Under the pieces are notes generated by a model, which did no database searches, had not been told where the DNA came from, and saw only the letters and a program-made list of their open reading frames with translations. A DNA stretch of 63,986 nucleotides, the filler included. It is 5 parts of 5 records of this genome, joined end to end, with 100 filler letters (N's around TTAATTAATTAA, not from the genome) between each part and the next. Parts side by side here need not be neighbours in the genome. Positions count along the whole stretch, not along the records: positions 23,507 to 36,350 come from DRR378314_920; positions 36,451 to 46,096 come from DRR378314_921; 3 more parts are not named here. One strand, written 5' to 3'. A program made the position numbers and the translations under genes. This document shows positions 32,701 through 43,049 of this stretch, in pieces (positions within the stretch are counted from its first letter, which is position 1; each line of letters starts with the position of its first letter).

Positions 32701-35700
32701 GTAGGGACACACGCGCACCCCATCCCGGCACTTCTCCGCCCCCTACAACTCTCTGCGAACGTACACGCAAGGCGCACGGCTACCGTTCGCGTCGTCATGC
32801 CCCCGCTGCGCCCAGCGGACACCACACGTGTGTGCACAGAGCTTCCCCACACGCAAGACCTACGGAAAGGGCAAGCACCGCTCACTACGCACCTCGGACA
32901 TGATCCACTCGCGAATGTTTCCAGGGGGCGGCGCATCGCCCATGTTCCACGTGCCAACGAACAAGGTGAACTTGTCCATGTTCTTCATGAGATCCTTTCC
33001 ACTCTTCTCGCGCGAGTACAACACAAGCTGACTGTCCGCGGCATCCGAGGGGTTCAGCGTCTTGACAAGCGTGCGGATGATTCCCATGATGTAGTCGCGC
33101 TCCTCCTGTATCACACAGCGCATACCAGTGCATGTGTGTGAGTGAGAGCGCAACGATCGGTGCGCGAGGCGATCCACCGTACTGTGCACGGGAGCGAGGG
33201 CGTGTCGTGCGTATCCTCGAGCCCACAAGAGACGCAATTACCCGTCCCTTACCCGCGTACCCATACGCTTGGGCACCAACGCGTTACCTACCGCCATCCA
33301 CCACGCACGACCCGCGCAGAGGCGCACACACGCAACACGAGCCTCCGTACGGCCAACAGCTACGAGTACACGCAATGAGAGAGCGTACACGTATGTATAC
33401 CGATATATACACCACCACTACCGCGCCTACACACCTGCACCTACACATCGGAGTGCCCAACAAGGCACGCGCAGTCTTGCGAAGCGCATGGCGATCCTCG
33501 TAGCGGCGGCGCAGCACACAGACACTGCGCGATGATACGGGCCAATATGGCACTCCGTACCTTGGTCTTGAACTGGACGCGGAAGTTCGAATGCTTCTTC
33601 GAGCTCAGCAGGAATCCCTTGACGCGAGCATCGAACGAGGCAATGCGCTCTTCATCGTCCGTTTCCAGGAACATGTTTTTGATGTGTTTGATGGGAATGT
33701 GAACCTTGCTAAACATCCCGGAGAGGGGACGAGAGAGCGAAATCATGCGGTTGAATATATCGACCTGCTCCAGAAAGACGGCACGTGGCAACCCGGGATC
33801 GCAGCGCATCGTGAGCATTCGTACGTGCGCGTGGAGCCCTTGATACGCTGCACAGCCGGTAAGGCGTACACGGCAAGCACCTTGAAGCAGTCTTGCCGTT
33901 CGTAGTACAACGTTTGGGTGATGGTGAGTGCCGCAGTGGCGTCGCTTCGGGTAGAACGGCAACACACACACACACCGGCGGCGCTGCGTTCCCACAGCAT
34001 CCGCGGCGATGGGTACGCGTCCACAACAAGGCCATCCCATACAACACACGCGAAGACACACACGCGCACCGCACACGCACTACCTTTCGCAGTGCGATGC
34101 GCGCACTCGTGGGTCTCTGCGGATCGCTCGGACACGGACCTTCATGGTACGCGACACCTTGCCTCCTTCCGACACGAGCTTCACCGGCATACTGACCACC
34201 AGATGCGCCCTGGAGGGTGAGAAGCGGAAGCATACGCCGTACACGCCACAAGAAGAGGGAGAACAATGCGCGATGAGCGGCGTGATGTGCACGTGGACGC
34301 AGGAGCGCATCCTCCCTTGCTCGTTCCCAAACCGCGGTACTTGATCATGGTGACCGTCGTCTGGCGTAGAGCGCTCTGCATCGAAGGAGCGCGCGTGGCA
34401 CGGCGGGGTGCGATCCAGAATAGAACACGCACCTGTCCTTCCTCTTTGCGTTGAGGTAAAAGCAGCGCGGCTCGCGATCGCGCTCGGAAAACTGCACACG
34501 CTCGAGCTGGACGAAGAGACGGAGAATACGCGCCACCCTGCACAGTAGCGAGCGTACCAGCGGCGCCGTTGCTCGGTCAGCGGGATACGTGGTGGCATTC
34601 GTTGCCACCGGCTGGTTCTATAGAATTGCACCCTAAACCCCCCGCTGCATCTCCTGCATGCGCGCGGGCCTGACTGCAAACGCAGAGATCGTTTCGACGG
34701 CGTACTCGCCAGCGAGGTGTGAAGCGATAGGGAAACAACGCGCACGTACCGGACTACACGGAGGAGCACAACTCCGGAAGCCTTTTCAAACGCATCGATG
34801 TCCGACACGGCATTGACAATCTCGATTGCACCCGCGACAAAGACAACCACGAAATCGAACACATTCATCCACATGGAGAAGAACTTGCGCGTTCCATAGC
34901 CGTACATACGAAGCAGAACCTGAAATGTGCATGCACATCCGAGCACAGCCAAAGCAAGTCCGTGAGCGAGTACGCAATGGAAGACATCCCCGTGCATTCG
35001 TGTGCAACTACCGCAACCGAAGATCTGCCATGTTGCCCCTTTGGTGAGCGAACTCCGGGAATGAACCCAAAAGCATCCGTAGCGATTGCTCGAGGGCGAT
35101 GTGTGCGCACCCATGATCCAGGTACATGGAACTGGCAATATGATCCTGGGCAATGCAAAGTGAATGCTGCCGCTCCACATCGCTATGCACCTCCAACTCT
35201 TCCTGCCTCACACACAACCTCTCCACCTCCTTCGTGTTTCCAGGATTGCATGTGGAACATGAAGGGGCACGTGTACAAGACCTCTGTCCGCGCTGCATCT
35301 ACGGCGCTGTGTGCGTTGCTGCGGCGTTCTCTCCCGCGCTGTACATCGGCCCCACTCGCGTGTGTGCACGGTGAAGCCCGGGGCTTTATCCTACACACGA
35401 GAACACGCACCGTACTTCGCTTCTAGCTGCCCCAACGCTACACGCGCTCATCATGCGACACGGTACCGCCAAAAGTGCCTCGGTGCGGTGGCAACGTGTA
35501 TATCCCCTCACTCGCTTGCTCTTTGTGTGTTCACGCCCACCGACAAACTCGGTAGAGGTACACTGTACAGCAGTTCACGATGAAATCCCCCCTGTTACGC
35601 ACCTCGAGAATGAAGAGACTGGTAAGGGTGAGCGATAAAGCTTCGATATCGGAATCGGAGCTATCCGTGGTTCCCACGATTGTCAGTACCGCAATGGTTC

Positions 35701-36287
35701 CGTCCACGAGAACCAAAAGCATGACAATCACCTGAACAGAAGCAGCATCGACAATCGAGCGTACAGCAGCCCTGCAAGAGACCAAGCAGACCCACGAATA
35801 CGACAAAAGGATACATCTCAACGAGAGCGTAGGTGCAGCATGTAGTAAGGCAGCTACTGCGCAGCGCCCACATCGCTCAAGTGCAACTCGTTCGTCCCAC
35901 GCATTCACGCGCTTGTATCTAGGGAAAGACCGCAGCAGGGAATCAACCGCGACCATAAAGGATGCAGCACAAACATTGAGAGCGGCGAGAACACGGCACG
36001 CCTATGCGCCTGCATGCGCGAAATGCGCGCACAGCGAATCAAACGCTATGTAAGTGACAGGAGCTACCGTTTCGACCGAACTCGGCGCAACCCACATACC
36101 GCAGCACATCACGGAAGGAGTTTTCGTCCACGAGCATCTGATCATCACCAGTGATCTGCAGGGTGATTTTGGACTTGCGCAGCTTCCGCACGATACGTTT
36201 GTACACCGTCTTGATTCCAACGCGCGAGTAGTTCCCGTCGGACATGACGTGCGTTCGCAGCGCCATTCCCCAGAACATGGCAAGACC
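29783..36287 (-). CDS. Voltage-sensor domain + PH-like + inositol polyphosphate 5-phosphatase + C2 fusion protein (12 exons, 800 aa visible, probably 5'-partial)
   Basis: Exons 36287-36100, 35771-35603, 34919-34750, 34537-34433, 34209-34140, 33764-33561, 33105-32893, 32333-31891, 31428-31319, 31112-30941, 30551-30218, 30007-29783, all GT-AG and phase-consistent (2403 nt). 5-phosphatase motifs TWNM, GVQE, NKGG, AHLAAH, GDLNYR, DQL, PTYK, PSYTDRI, SDHSP; S4 RVVRVARILR. Confidence 0.85.
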
Positions 36288-36350
36288 CTGCAAGCACACA
36301 CCGCGAACAAGCGGTTAGCCACTCGAGCGACGGGTCAGGTTTTCCTGTGG

Positions 36351-36450
36351 NNNNNNNNNNNNNNNNNNNNNNNNNNNNNNNNNNNNNNNNNNNNTTAATT
36401 AATTAANNNNNNNNNNNNNNNNNNNNNNNNNNNNNNNNNNNNNNNNNNNN
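36351..36450. other. Artificial contig linker
   Basis: N44-TTAATTAATTAA-N44. Confidence 0.97.
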
Positions 36451-36994
36451 TCACGAAGTCACGGTCGATGGTCGGCTTGGAGCCCTGGGGCAGCGTGACG
36501 TCGGAGATGTGGATCACATCGCCGATGGCCTTGCCTGCGAGGTCGACGGTCAGTTTTTCCGGAATGTCACCGGCGGTCACGACCAGCTCGACTTCGGCGC
36601 GGACAACGGTCAGGACACCGCCACGCTTGAGGCCAACACATTCTTCTTCGTTGATGAACTCAACGGGGATGAACAGGTTGATCTTCGAGGTGCGACGCAG
36701 ACGCATCAGGTCGAAGTGGGTCGGCAGGTCTTTGACGATGTCACGCTGGACGTCGCGGCAGATCACGCGCACATCGTCGTGGCCTTCAACCTTAAGGTTG
36801 AACAGGGTCGACTTGAAGCGGCCGGCTTTCAGCTTTTTCAGCAGTTCGTTGTAGGGGATCTGAATCGCCAGCGGATCCACGTCACCACCAAATACAACTC
36901 CAGGAACCAGATGCGCACGGCGTGCAGCGCGAGCGGCGCCCTTGCCCGTCCCCGCGCGTTCCTGGCATACGAGATCAGGAATCTCATTCGCCAT
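36451..36994 (-). CDS. rplY: 50S ribosomal protein L25 / Ctc (3'-truncated by contig end)
   Basis: [32 protein letters not shown] and IGDVIHISD. Confidence 0.95.
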
Positions 36995-37086
36995 TTTTAT
37001 TCTCCATATATAATCGGGGGTGCCTCCAAGGCTGTCACCCCGCGTGAAGCCGCTCTGTTAGACGGAAAAGCCCTGTTTGGAAAGCC

Positions 37087-37719
37087 CTAAACTGCCGCTT
37101 TTGCCTGTCTCGGCGCCAGTTTCCCGTCAGACTCCATCAGACGTGCATGAAGGTCGAATTCTGCCGCGCGCGCCACACGCAAGCGCGCACGGGTCTGCTC
37201 TGACAACTCCGTGGGCACCTGTGGAGAAACGTTGCGTGGTTCGAAGGTGATTCTCTGCTCGAACCGGTCACTCAGAAAGGTTTCCAGTCGGTCCCAACGT
37301 TCGTAGGCGAACAATTGGTCAATCAGAAGCCGTCCGCCGCGTCCGCTGAGCATGCGAAGCTGGCTGCCGATCTGGGTGCAAGGGGGAGGGGTCTCGGAGA
37401 GGAGCGCCTCGACAAATTCTTCGAAAGTCAAGTGGCCAGAATATTCCGGTTTGTCCCTGATCTCGTCACGCGTGCGATATTTATACCAGCTGCGGATCTG
37501 GTCCTCGGGCTCGCGCAGCACTGCAAAGCTCTCCAGGGCGACGTCGAAGGTTTCGCTGATGAACGGGCGGACCCTGCGGTGAAAGCGCTTGGTGGAAATA
37601 TGCTTGCGCGCGCCGCGAAACACGATGTCCGCGTGCGGGCGCAACGCCTGCTCAATGGCGGTGGTCCCGGTTTTGGGAATCGCGACAAATGCGAGAGCTT
37701 GGGGCGTGAAGATCAGCAT
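37087..37719 (-). CDS. Sulfotransferase-fold hypothetical protein
   Basis: 5'-PSB-like IPKTGTT and 3'-PB-like REPEDQIRSWYKY. Confidence 0.7.
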   Translation of the reverse strand: MLIFTPQALAFVAIPKTGTTAIEQALRPHADIVFRGARKHISTKRFHRRVRPFISETFDVALESFAVLREPEDQIRSWYKYRTRDEIRDKPEYSGHLTFEEFVEALLSETPPPCTQIGSQLRMLSGRGGRLLIDQLFAYERWDRLETFLSDRFEQRITFEPRNVSPQVPTELSEQTRARLRVARAAEFDLHARLMESDGKLAPRQAKAAV

Positions 37720-37815
37720 GTTCATTGGCATAGCCCTGCCGAGACCGCTGGACCAGATCTGTAGCGGTACAATTTGCCGATTGTGGCGCCGTGCGCACTG
37801 TGCATCCTCACGCGC

Positions 37816-38982
37816 ATGGAATTTTTTACGGATATGCGCACCAGCGCGGTGCATGGGCGGGCCTTTGCTGTGATGGGGTTCTGTGTCGGAGCCTTCGCAG
37901 CCTATGCGCCGCAACTGAAGTCACAGGCGGGATTGGGCGATGCCGAATTTGGTCTGGCACTTCTTGTCGGGGCCGTGGGGGCCGTTGGCGCGATGTGGTT
38001 GGCGCCGCGGGTGGATCGAAGGCTTGGTCCTGCAGCCATGGTGATTTGCGCGCTGATGTTGGCCTCAGGGTTTCTGTTGCCAGGGCTGGCGTACAGTTGG
38101 GTCACCTTTGCAGCGGCCATGTTCGTGGCCTCCGGTGCCGCTGGTCTGCTGGACGTGGTGATGAACGCGCGGCTCAGCGGGTTGGAAGCCCGCACGGGTC
38201 GGTCGCTGATGAACCTCAATCACGGTTTGTTTTCGCTGGCCTATGCGTTGGCCGCGCTGGTGGCCGGGCTGGTGCGGGAGGCTGGTGTGCCGCCGATTTG
38301 GTGCTTTGCGGGAATTCTTGCGGTGTCGGCACTGCTGGCGCTTGGCATGCGCGATGCGGTGCCATCAGATCGCACTGGCGAAGAGGATGGCACATCATCT
38401 GCGGCGTTGCCGGGGCTGATGGTCGTTCTGGCAGGGGTGATCGTGTTGATCGCCTTCACCGCGGAACAGGCGACGGAAAACTGGTCTGCCCTACACCTGG
38501 AGCGCGCCTTTGGAGCCAGTGCCGCCGAAGGTGCGATCGGGCCGGCGATCCTTGGTCTGACTATGGGGGTCGGGCGTTTGTCTGGACAGGAGGTGGTGCG
38601 CCGTATTGCTGAAGGCAAGCTGATGCAGATCGCGGCAGCACTCGCGGCTTTCGGGCTCTTGCTGGCCGCTTTCGCGCCGGTGCAGGGGCTGGCCTATGCA
38701 GGGTTTGCAATTCTTGGGCTGGGTGTGTCGGTCATTGGCCCAACTGCGTTGGCTTGGGTGGGGAAGACTATCCCCTCCCGACTGCGCGGTGCCGCGATTT
38801 CGCGCATGGTGATGATTGGCTACTGCGGTTTCTTTATCGGCCCGCCGGTGATCGGGTTCATGGCGGAAGCTTTTGGATTGCGGCTGGCCTTGGCTATGAT
38901 GGGCGGAATGCTCCTGTGCATCACCGCCATTCTGGTGCCCGCCCTGCGGGCCTCGGCGCGCAGGGCTGGTGTGGTGGCCTAG
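37816..38982 (+). CDS. MFS transporter
   Basis: About 12 hydrophobic helices; LDVVMN, MNLNHGLFS, ENWSALHL and GPPVIG. Confidence 0.9.
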   Translation: MEFFTDMRTSAVHGRAFAVMGFCVGAFAAYAPQLKSQAGLGDAEFGLALLVGAVGAVGAMWLAPRVDRRLGPAAMVICALMLASGFLLPGLAYSWVTFAAAMFVASGAAGLLDVVMNARLSGLEARTGRSLMNLNHGLFSLAYALAALVAGLVREAGVPPIWCFAGILAVSALLALGMRDAVPSDRTGEEDGTSSAALPGLMVVLAGVIVLIAFTAEQATENWSALHLERAFGASAAEGAIGPAILGLTMGVGRLSGQEVVRRIAEGKLMQIAAALAAFGLLLAAFAPVQGLAYAGFAILGLGVSVIGPTALAWVGKTIPSRLRGAAISRMVMIGYCGFFIGPPVIGFMAEAFGLRLALAMMGGMLLCITAILVPALRASARRAGVVA

Positions 38983-38992
38983 GTCTGGGCGT

Positions 38993-40156
38993 TCAGGCCC
39001 AGCGACCAGTGAAATCCTCTGGCACCATAAGGTTGTGCCGTCCGAGATTGCTGACAGATTTCTCGCCGCAGAGTGCCATCGAGGTGTCCAGTTCCTTGTG
39101 GATGACCTCCAGCGCTCGGGTGACGCCCTGTTGCCCCATGGCGCCAAGCCCGTAAACAAAGGCGCGCCCGATCATCGTGCCGGTGGCGCCAAGCGCCAGC
39201 GCCTTCAGCACGTCCTGGCCGGAGCGGATGCCGCTGTCCAGATGCACTTCGACCTGATCGCCGACCGCATCCATGATCCGGGGCAGCATGCGAATCGATG
39301 ACAGTGCGCCATCCAGCTGGCGGCCACCGTGGTTGGACACAGTAATCGCATCCGCACCAACCTTGGCGGCCATCTTGGCATCTTCCTCATCGAGGATGCC
39401 CTTCAGGATCACCTTGCCGCCCCACATCTCCTTGAGCTTTTCGATCTTGCCCCAGTCGAGCGAGGGGTCGAATTGTTCGGCGGTCCAGGCGCCGAGTGAT
39501 GAGGCATCGGAAATGCCTTCAACATGGCCGACAATATTGCCGAAATTGCGCCGTTTGGCGCCCAACATTTCGATCCCCCAGGCCCATTTGGTCATCAGGT
39601 TCGCGATGGTCCGCGGTGTCAGCTTCGGTGGTGCGGAGAGGCCGTTCTTCAAGTCCTTGTGGCGCTGGCCGAGGATCTGCAGGTCGAGGGTGATCACCAG
39701 GGCCGAGCAATTGGCGGCCTTGGCGCGCTCAATCAGGCGGCGCATATAGTCCTCGTCCTTCATCGTATAAAGCTGGAACCAGAAGGGCTTGGTGGTTGCC
39801 TCGGCCACCTCTTCGATGGAATTGATTGACATTGTCGACAGCGTGAAAGGCACGCCGAAGGCTTCGGCGGCACGGGCGGCCTTGATCTCGCCATCGGCGG
39901 ATTGCATGCCGGTCAGCCCCACGGGCGCCAAGGCCACAGGCATGGCCACCTCCTGTCCGATCATTCGAGAGGCGGTGGAGCGGCCGGCCATGTCTACAGC
40001 CACGCGTTGACGCAGGCGAATTTTCTCGAAATCGTTGGTGTTGTCGCGAAAGGTCTGTTCGGTCCAAGAGCCACTCTCGGCATAATCGTAGAACATCTTT
40101 GGCACACGCCGCGCGTAGATGCGCTTCAGATCCTCTATATTGGTAATGACGGGCAT
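38993..40156 (-). CDS. lldD: FMN-dependent alpha-hydroxy acid dehydrogenase (L-lactate dehydrogenase)
   Basis: WFQLY, VSNHGGRQLD and DSGIRSGQDV. Confidence 0.9.
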   Translation of the reverse strand: MPVITNIEDLKRIYARRVPKMFYDYAESGSWTEQTFRDNTNDFEKIRLRQRVAVDMAGRSTASRMIGQEVAMPVALAPVGLTGMQSADGEIKAARAAEAFGVPFTLSTMSINSIEEVAEATTKPFWFQLYTMKDEDYMRRLIERAKAANCSALVITLDLQILGQRHKDLKNGLSAPPKLTPRTIANLMTKWAWGIEMLGAKRRNFGNIVGHVEGISDASSLGAWTAEQFDPSLDWGKIEKLKEMWGGKVILKGILDEEDAKMAAKVGADAITVSNHGGRQLDGALSSIRMLPRIMDAVGDQVEVHLDSGIRSGQDVLKALALGATGTMIGRAFVYGLGAMGQQGVTRALEVIHKELDTSMALCGEKSVSNLGRHNLMVPEDFTGRWA

Positions 40157-40627
40157 GAATAAACTCCTCGACGTGCGCGCGGTTGGTAATGTTTTCTTAC
40201 CAATCTGATACTGGCATGGCAAGCAAGCCCGTCGTAATCTTGCATTTACGGTTTTGTGCAAGTTTATCGAAGGACACCTGCCGGAATCGCGATGTTATGA
40301 TATGCGGACCGGACATCTGCGAAGCTTCTGGAGAATTGCCGGAGTTTCATCAGCTGACCAACGCGCAGCTTTGAATTTATGCCGCCCCGTGTGCAGAGCA
40401 CTCGGGGTCGTTTCTTGATTTTAGACCTGATGCGCGTCCGGCCCGGAATTGATCCGTGCGGACAGCAGCCCAGCGGCTGCGGCATCTTCGGGAGGTAGAA
40501 GCAACGTGAAGGTTGTGTTCACATCTGATCTGGACAACGGCGATATTGCTGCTCTGATTGTCCGTGCACCGCGTGTGCTCCGCTGCCGTTTGCCTCTTTG
40601 TTCTGAAGCTATTCGGCAGAGGTCGCC

Positions 40628-42043
40628 ATGACGCTGCGCCCCGAAGATCCACTGGTTCCCGAACGCGCGTCAGATGACCCGTCCTATCGCGAGCTTCTCG
40701 TCAAGTTGGAGGCAGAGCGAGCGCGGCGTCTGGAGTTGGAAGCACAGCTGGAGCGCAAATCCCAGTCGTTGCGCCGCGCCAACGGATCCCTGGTGGCATT
40801 GGCGAGACAGGTGGACCGGATGGTGAAGGAACGCACCGAGGACCTTGCGCGCGACCGAGCCGAGGCAGAAGCGGAAAGCGCTGCGAAGACACAGTTTCTC
40901 GCCACCATGAGCCATGAAATCCGTACGCCGCTGAATGGGGTTCTGGGAATGGCTTCGGCTCTGGCGGATACCACGCTGGGCCAGGCGCAGACACAGATCC
41001 TAGATGTCCTGCGCGAGAGCGGGCGGCTGCTGCTCAATATTGTCGATGACATCCTCGATTTGTCGAAGATCGAAGAAGGGAAGCTGGAGCTGGAGCGGCT
41101 ACCGACCGACGTGGTGGATCTGTTGGATGCGATCTGTCGTCAGTTTGAACCTCGGATGGAGGCGAAGGGGCTGAATTTCACCCGCCTATATGGTGGCGCG
41201 CTTTCATCCGGGGGCGTTTGGCTCAATATCGATCCGACTCGTTTTCAGCAGGTGCTGACCAACCTGCTGTCCAATGCGGCAAAGTTCACCGACCACGGCG
41301 CGATTGCCCTGACGGCTGACGTGAAGGACGAACAGGATGGCGCGCTGATCTTATCTGTTACGGTACGGGATACCGGTGTTGGCCTGTCGCAGGCGCAGGT
41401 CGAGAGGTTGTTTCAGCCCTATATGCAGGCCGACACCAGCGTGCATCGCAATCATGGTGGTACCGGACTGGGTTTGGCGATCGCGCGCCAGATCTGCCTG
41501 CGCATGGGGGGAGGGCTGGTGTGCCGGAGTGCCAAAGGCGACGGAAGCGAATTCTGCGCGACCTTCCGCGTGACGCGTGCGGCAGCACTGCCAAAGGCGC
41601 TTGAACCTGATCAGAACGCGGATGTGGAGGTGATCGCGCGGCGGCGTTGGCGGGTTCTCGTAGCTGAAGACAATCGCACCAATCGCATGGTGCTGCACCA
41701 CATCCTGCGCAGTTATGATCTCGATCTGATTTGGGTCGAGAACGGCGAGGAGGCGGTGGAGAGCTGTCTTCGGGAGCGTCCGGACCTGGTTCTTATGGAT
41801 GTAAACATGCCGCTGATGGACGGGGTGACCGCCGCCCGGCACATCAGGACGGAAGAGCGGGTGCAGGATCGCACGCCCGTACCTATCATTGCGGTGTCGG
41901 CGAATGCACTGGTTCATCAGGTCAGGCATTATCTGGAAAACGGTATGAGTGATCATGTTGCAAAGCCGATCCGCAAGGATCGATTGCTTCGGGTGATGGC
42001 GCAGGCGCTGCTTGATGCACCAACCGCCGAGCGCGGCGGGTAG
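40628..42043 (+). CDS. Soluble hybrid histidine kinase / response regulator
   Basis: H-box FLATMSHEIRTPLNG, N-box NLLSNAAKFT, DTGVG, GGTGLGLAI; receiver AEDN...LMDVNMP...KP. Confidence 0.92.
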   Translation: MTLRPEDPLVPERASDDPSYRELLVKLEAERARRLELEAQLERKSQSLRRANGSLVALARQVDRMVKERTEDLARDRAEAEAESAAKTQFLATMSHEIRTPLNGVLGMASALADTTLGQAQTQILDVLRESGRLLLNIVDDILDLSKIEEGKLELERLPTDVVDLLDAICRQFEPRMEAKGLNFTRLYGGALSSGGVWLNIDPTRFQQVLTNLLSNAAKFTDHGAIALTADVKDEQDGALILSVTVRDTGVGLSQAQVERLFQPYMQADTSVHRNHGGTGLGLAIARQICLRMGGGLVCRSAKGDGSEFCATFRVTRAAALPKALEPDQNADVEVIARRRWRVLVAEDNRTNRMVLHHILRSYDLDLIWVENGEEAVESCLRERPDLVLMDVNMPLMDGVTAARHIRTEERVQDRTPVPIIAVSANALVHQVRHYLENGMSDHVAKPIRKDRLLRVMAQALLDAPTAERGG

Positions 42044-42133
42044 ATTTCATCCCTAGGCGGCGATCAACGGGGCTGGAAACGTAGAACGGCGGCCGGAAAG
42101 CCGCCGCTTGAAGCTTGCATCAGACCGCCGGGG

Positions 42134-42937
42134 TCAGCCCGCGTGTGCGCCGTCAGCGAGTGATTTCACAAATGCGAGCACTTCGGACGCTGACTTTCCG
42201 GCGCCAATTTCGGAGACGATAGCACTGCCCACCACGGCGCCGTCGGAGATCGAGGCAATGGTCTGAGCGCGCTCCGGCGTTTTGATGCCAAAGCCCACGA
42301 TCACTGGGAGGACGGTGGCCGCCTTGATGCGGGCAACTTCTGGGCCAACGTTCGACGCCTCGGCTTCCGCAGCACCAGTGATGCCGGTGATCGAGACATA
42401 GTAGACAAATCCGGAGGTGTTCTGCAAAACACGCGGCAAACGGGCGTTGTCGGTGGTGGGGGTGGCCAGTCGAATGAAGTTGAGACCTGCTGCCTGTGCG
42501 GGCAGGCACAATTCGTTGTCCTCTTCCGGGGGCAAATCCACCACGATCAGCCCGTCGATGCCCGCGTCCTTGGCATCTGAAAGGAATTTCTCCACACCGC
42601 GAGAGTAGATCGGATTGTAGTATCCCATCAGTACGATTGGCGTTGTGTCATCAGCTTTGCGGAAGTCGCGGGCGAGTTGGAGTGTTCTCTCCAGCGTCAT
42701 GCCAGCTTCGAGCGCGCGTTGCCCGGCAAGCTGAATGGTCGGGCCGTCGGCCATCGGATCGGTGAAGGGCAGGCCGAGTTCGATGATGTCTACGCCAGCC
42801 GCAGGCAGGCCTTTGACCATCTCCAGCGAGGTGTCGTAGTTCGGGTCGCCCGCCATCACATAGGTGACAAAGGCCTTTTTACCCGCGGCAGAGAGTTCGG
42901 CAAACTTGGCGTCGATGCGTGTGGTGGGACGGGTCAT
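42134..42937 (-). CDS. trpA: Tryptophan synthase alpha subunit
   Basis: [38 protein letters not shown] and VVGSA. Confidence 0.96.
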   Translation of the reverse strand: MTRPTTRIDAKFAELSAAGKKAFVTYVMAGDPNYDTSLEMVKGLPAAGVDIIELGLPFTDPMADGPTIQLAGQRALEAGMTLERTLQLARDFRKADDTTPIVLMGYYNPIYSRGVEKFLSDAKDAGIDGLIVVDLPPEEDNELCLPAQAAGLNFIRLATPTTDNARLPRVLQNTSGFVYYVSITGITGAAEAEASNVGPEVARIKAATVLPVIVGFGIKTPERAQTIASISDGAVVGSAIVSEIGAGKSASEVLAFVKSLADGAHAG

Positions 42938-43049
42938 GTGCGGGCCTTCTGAGATCTCTGTTATTTGGTTTGATGTGCCGAAACTTTGCGACAAAATCAA
43001 TCCCGCCGGGGCCGCTGGACGATGTTTACTTTAGACGGTTGCGGAAAAC

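Noticed and set aside
34433-35771. S1-S4 segment as part of a pore-forming channel or an Hv1 proton channel
   Set aside because: No S5-P-S6 pore follows S4, and the Hv1 RxWRxxR Trp is absent.
36509-37090. Antisense ORFs over rplY, and similar ones over lldD, the kinase, the nucleoside hydrolase and VPS35
   Set aside because: Shadow frames of well-supported genes.
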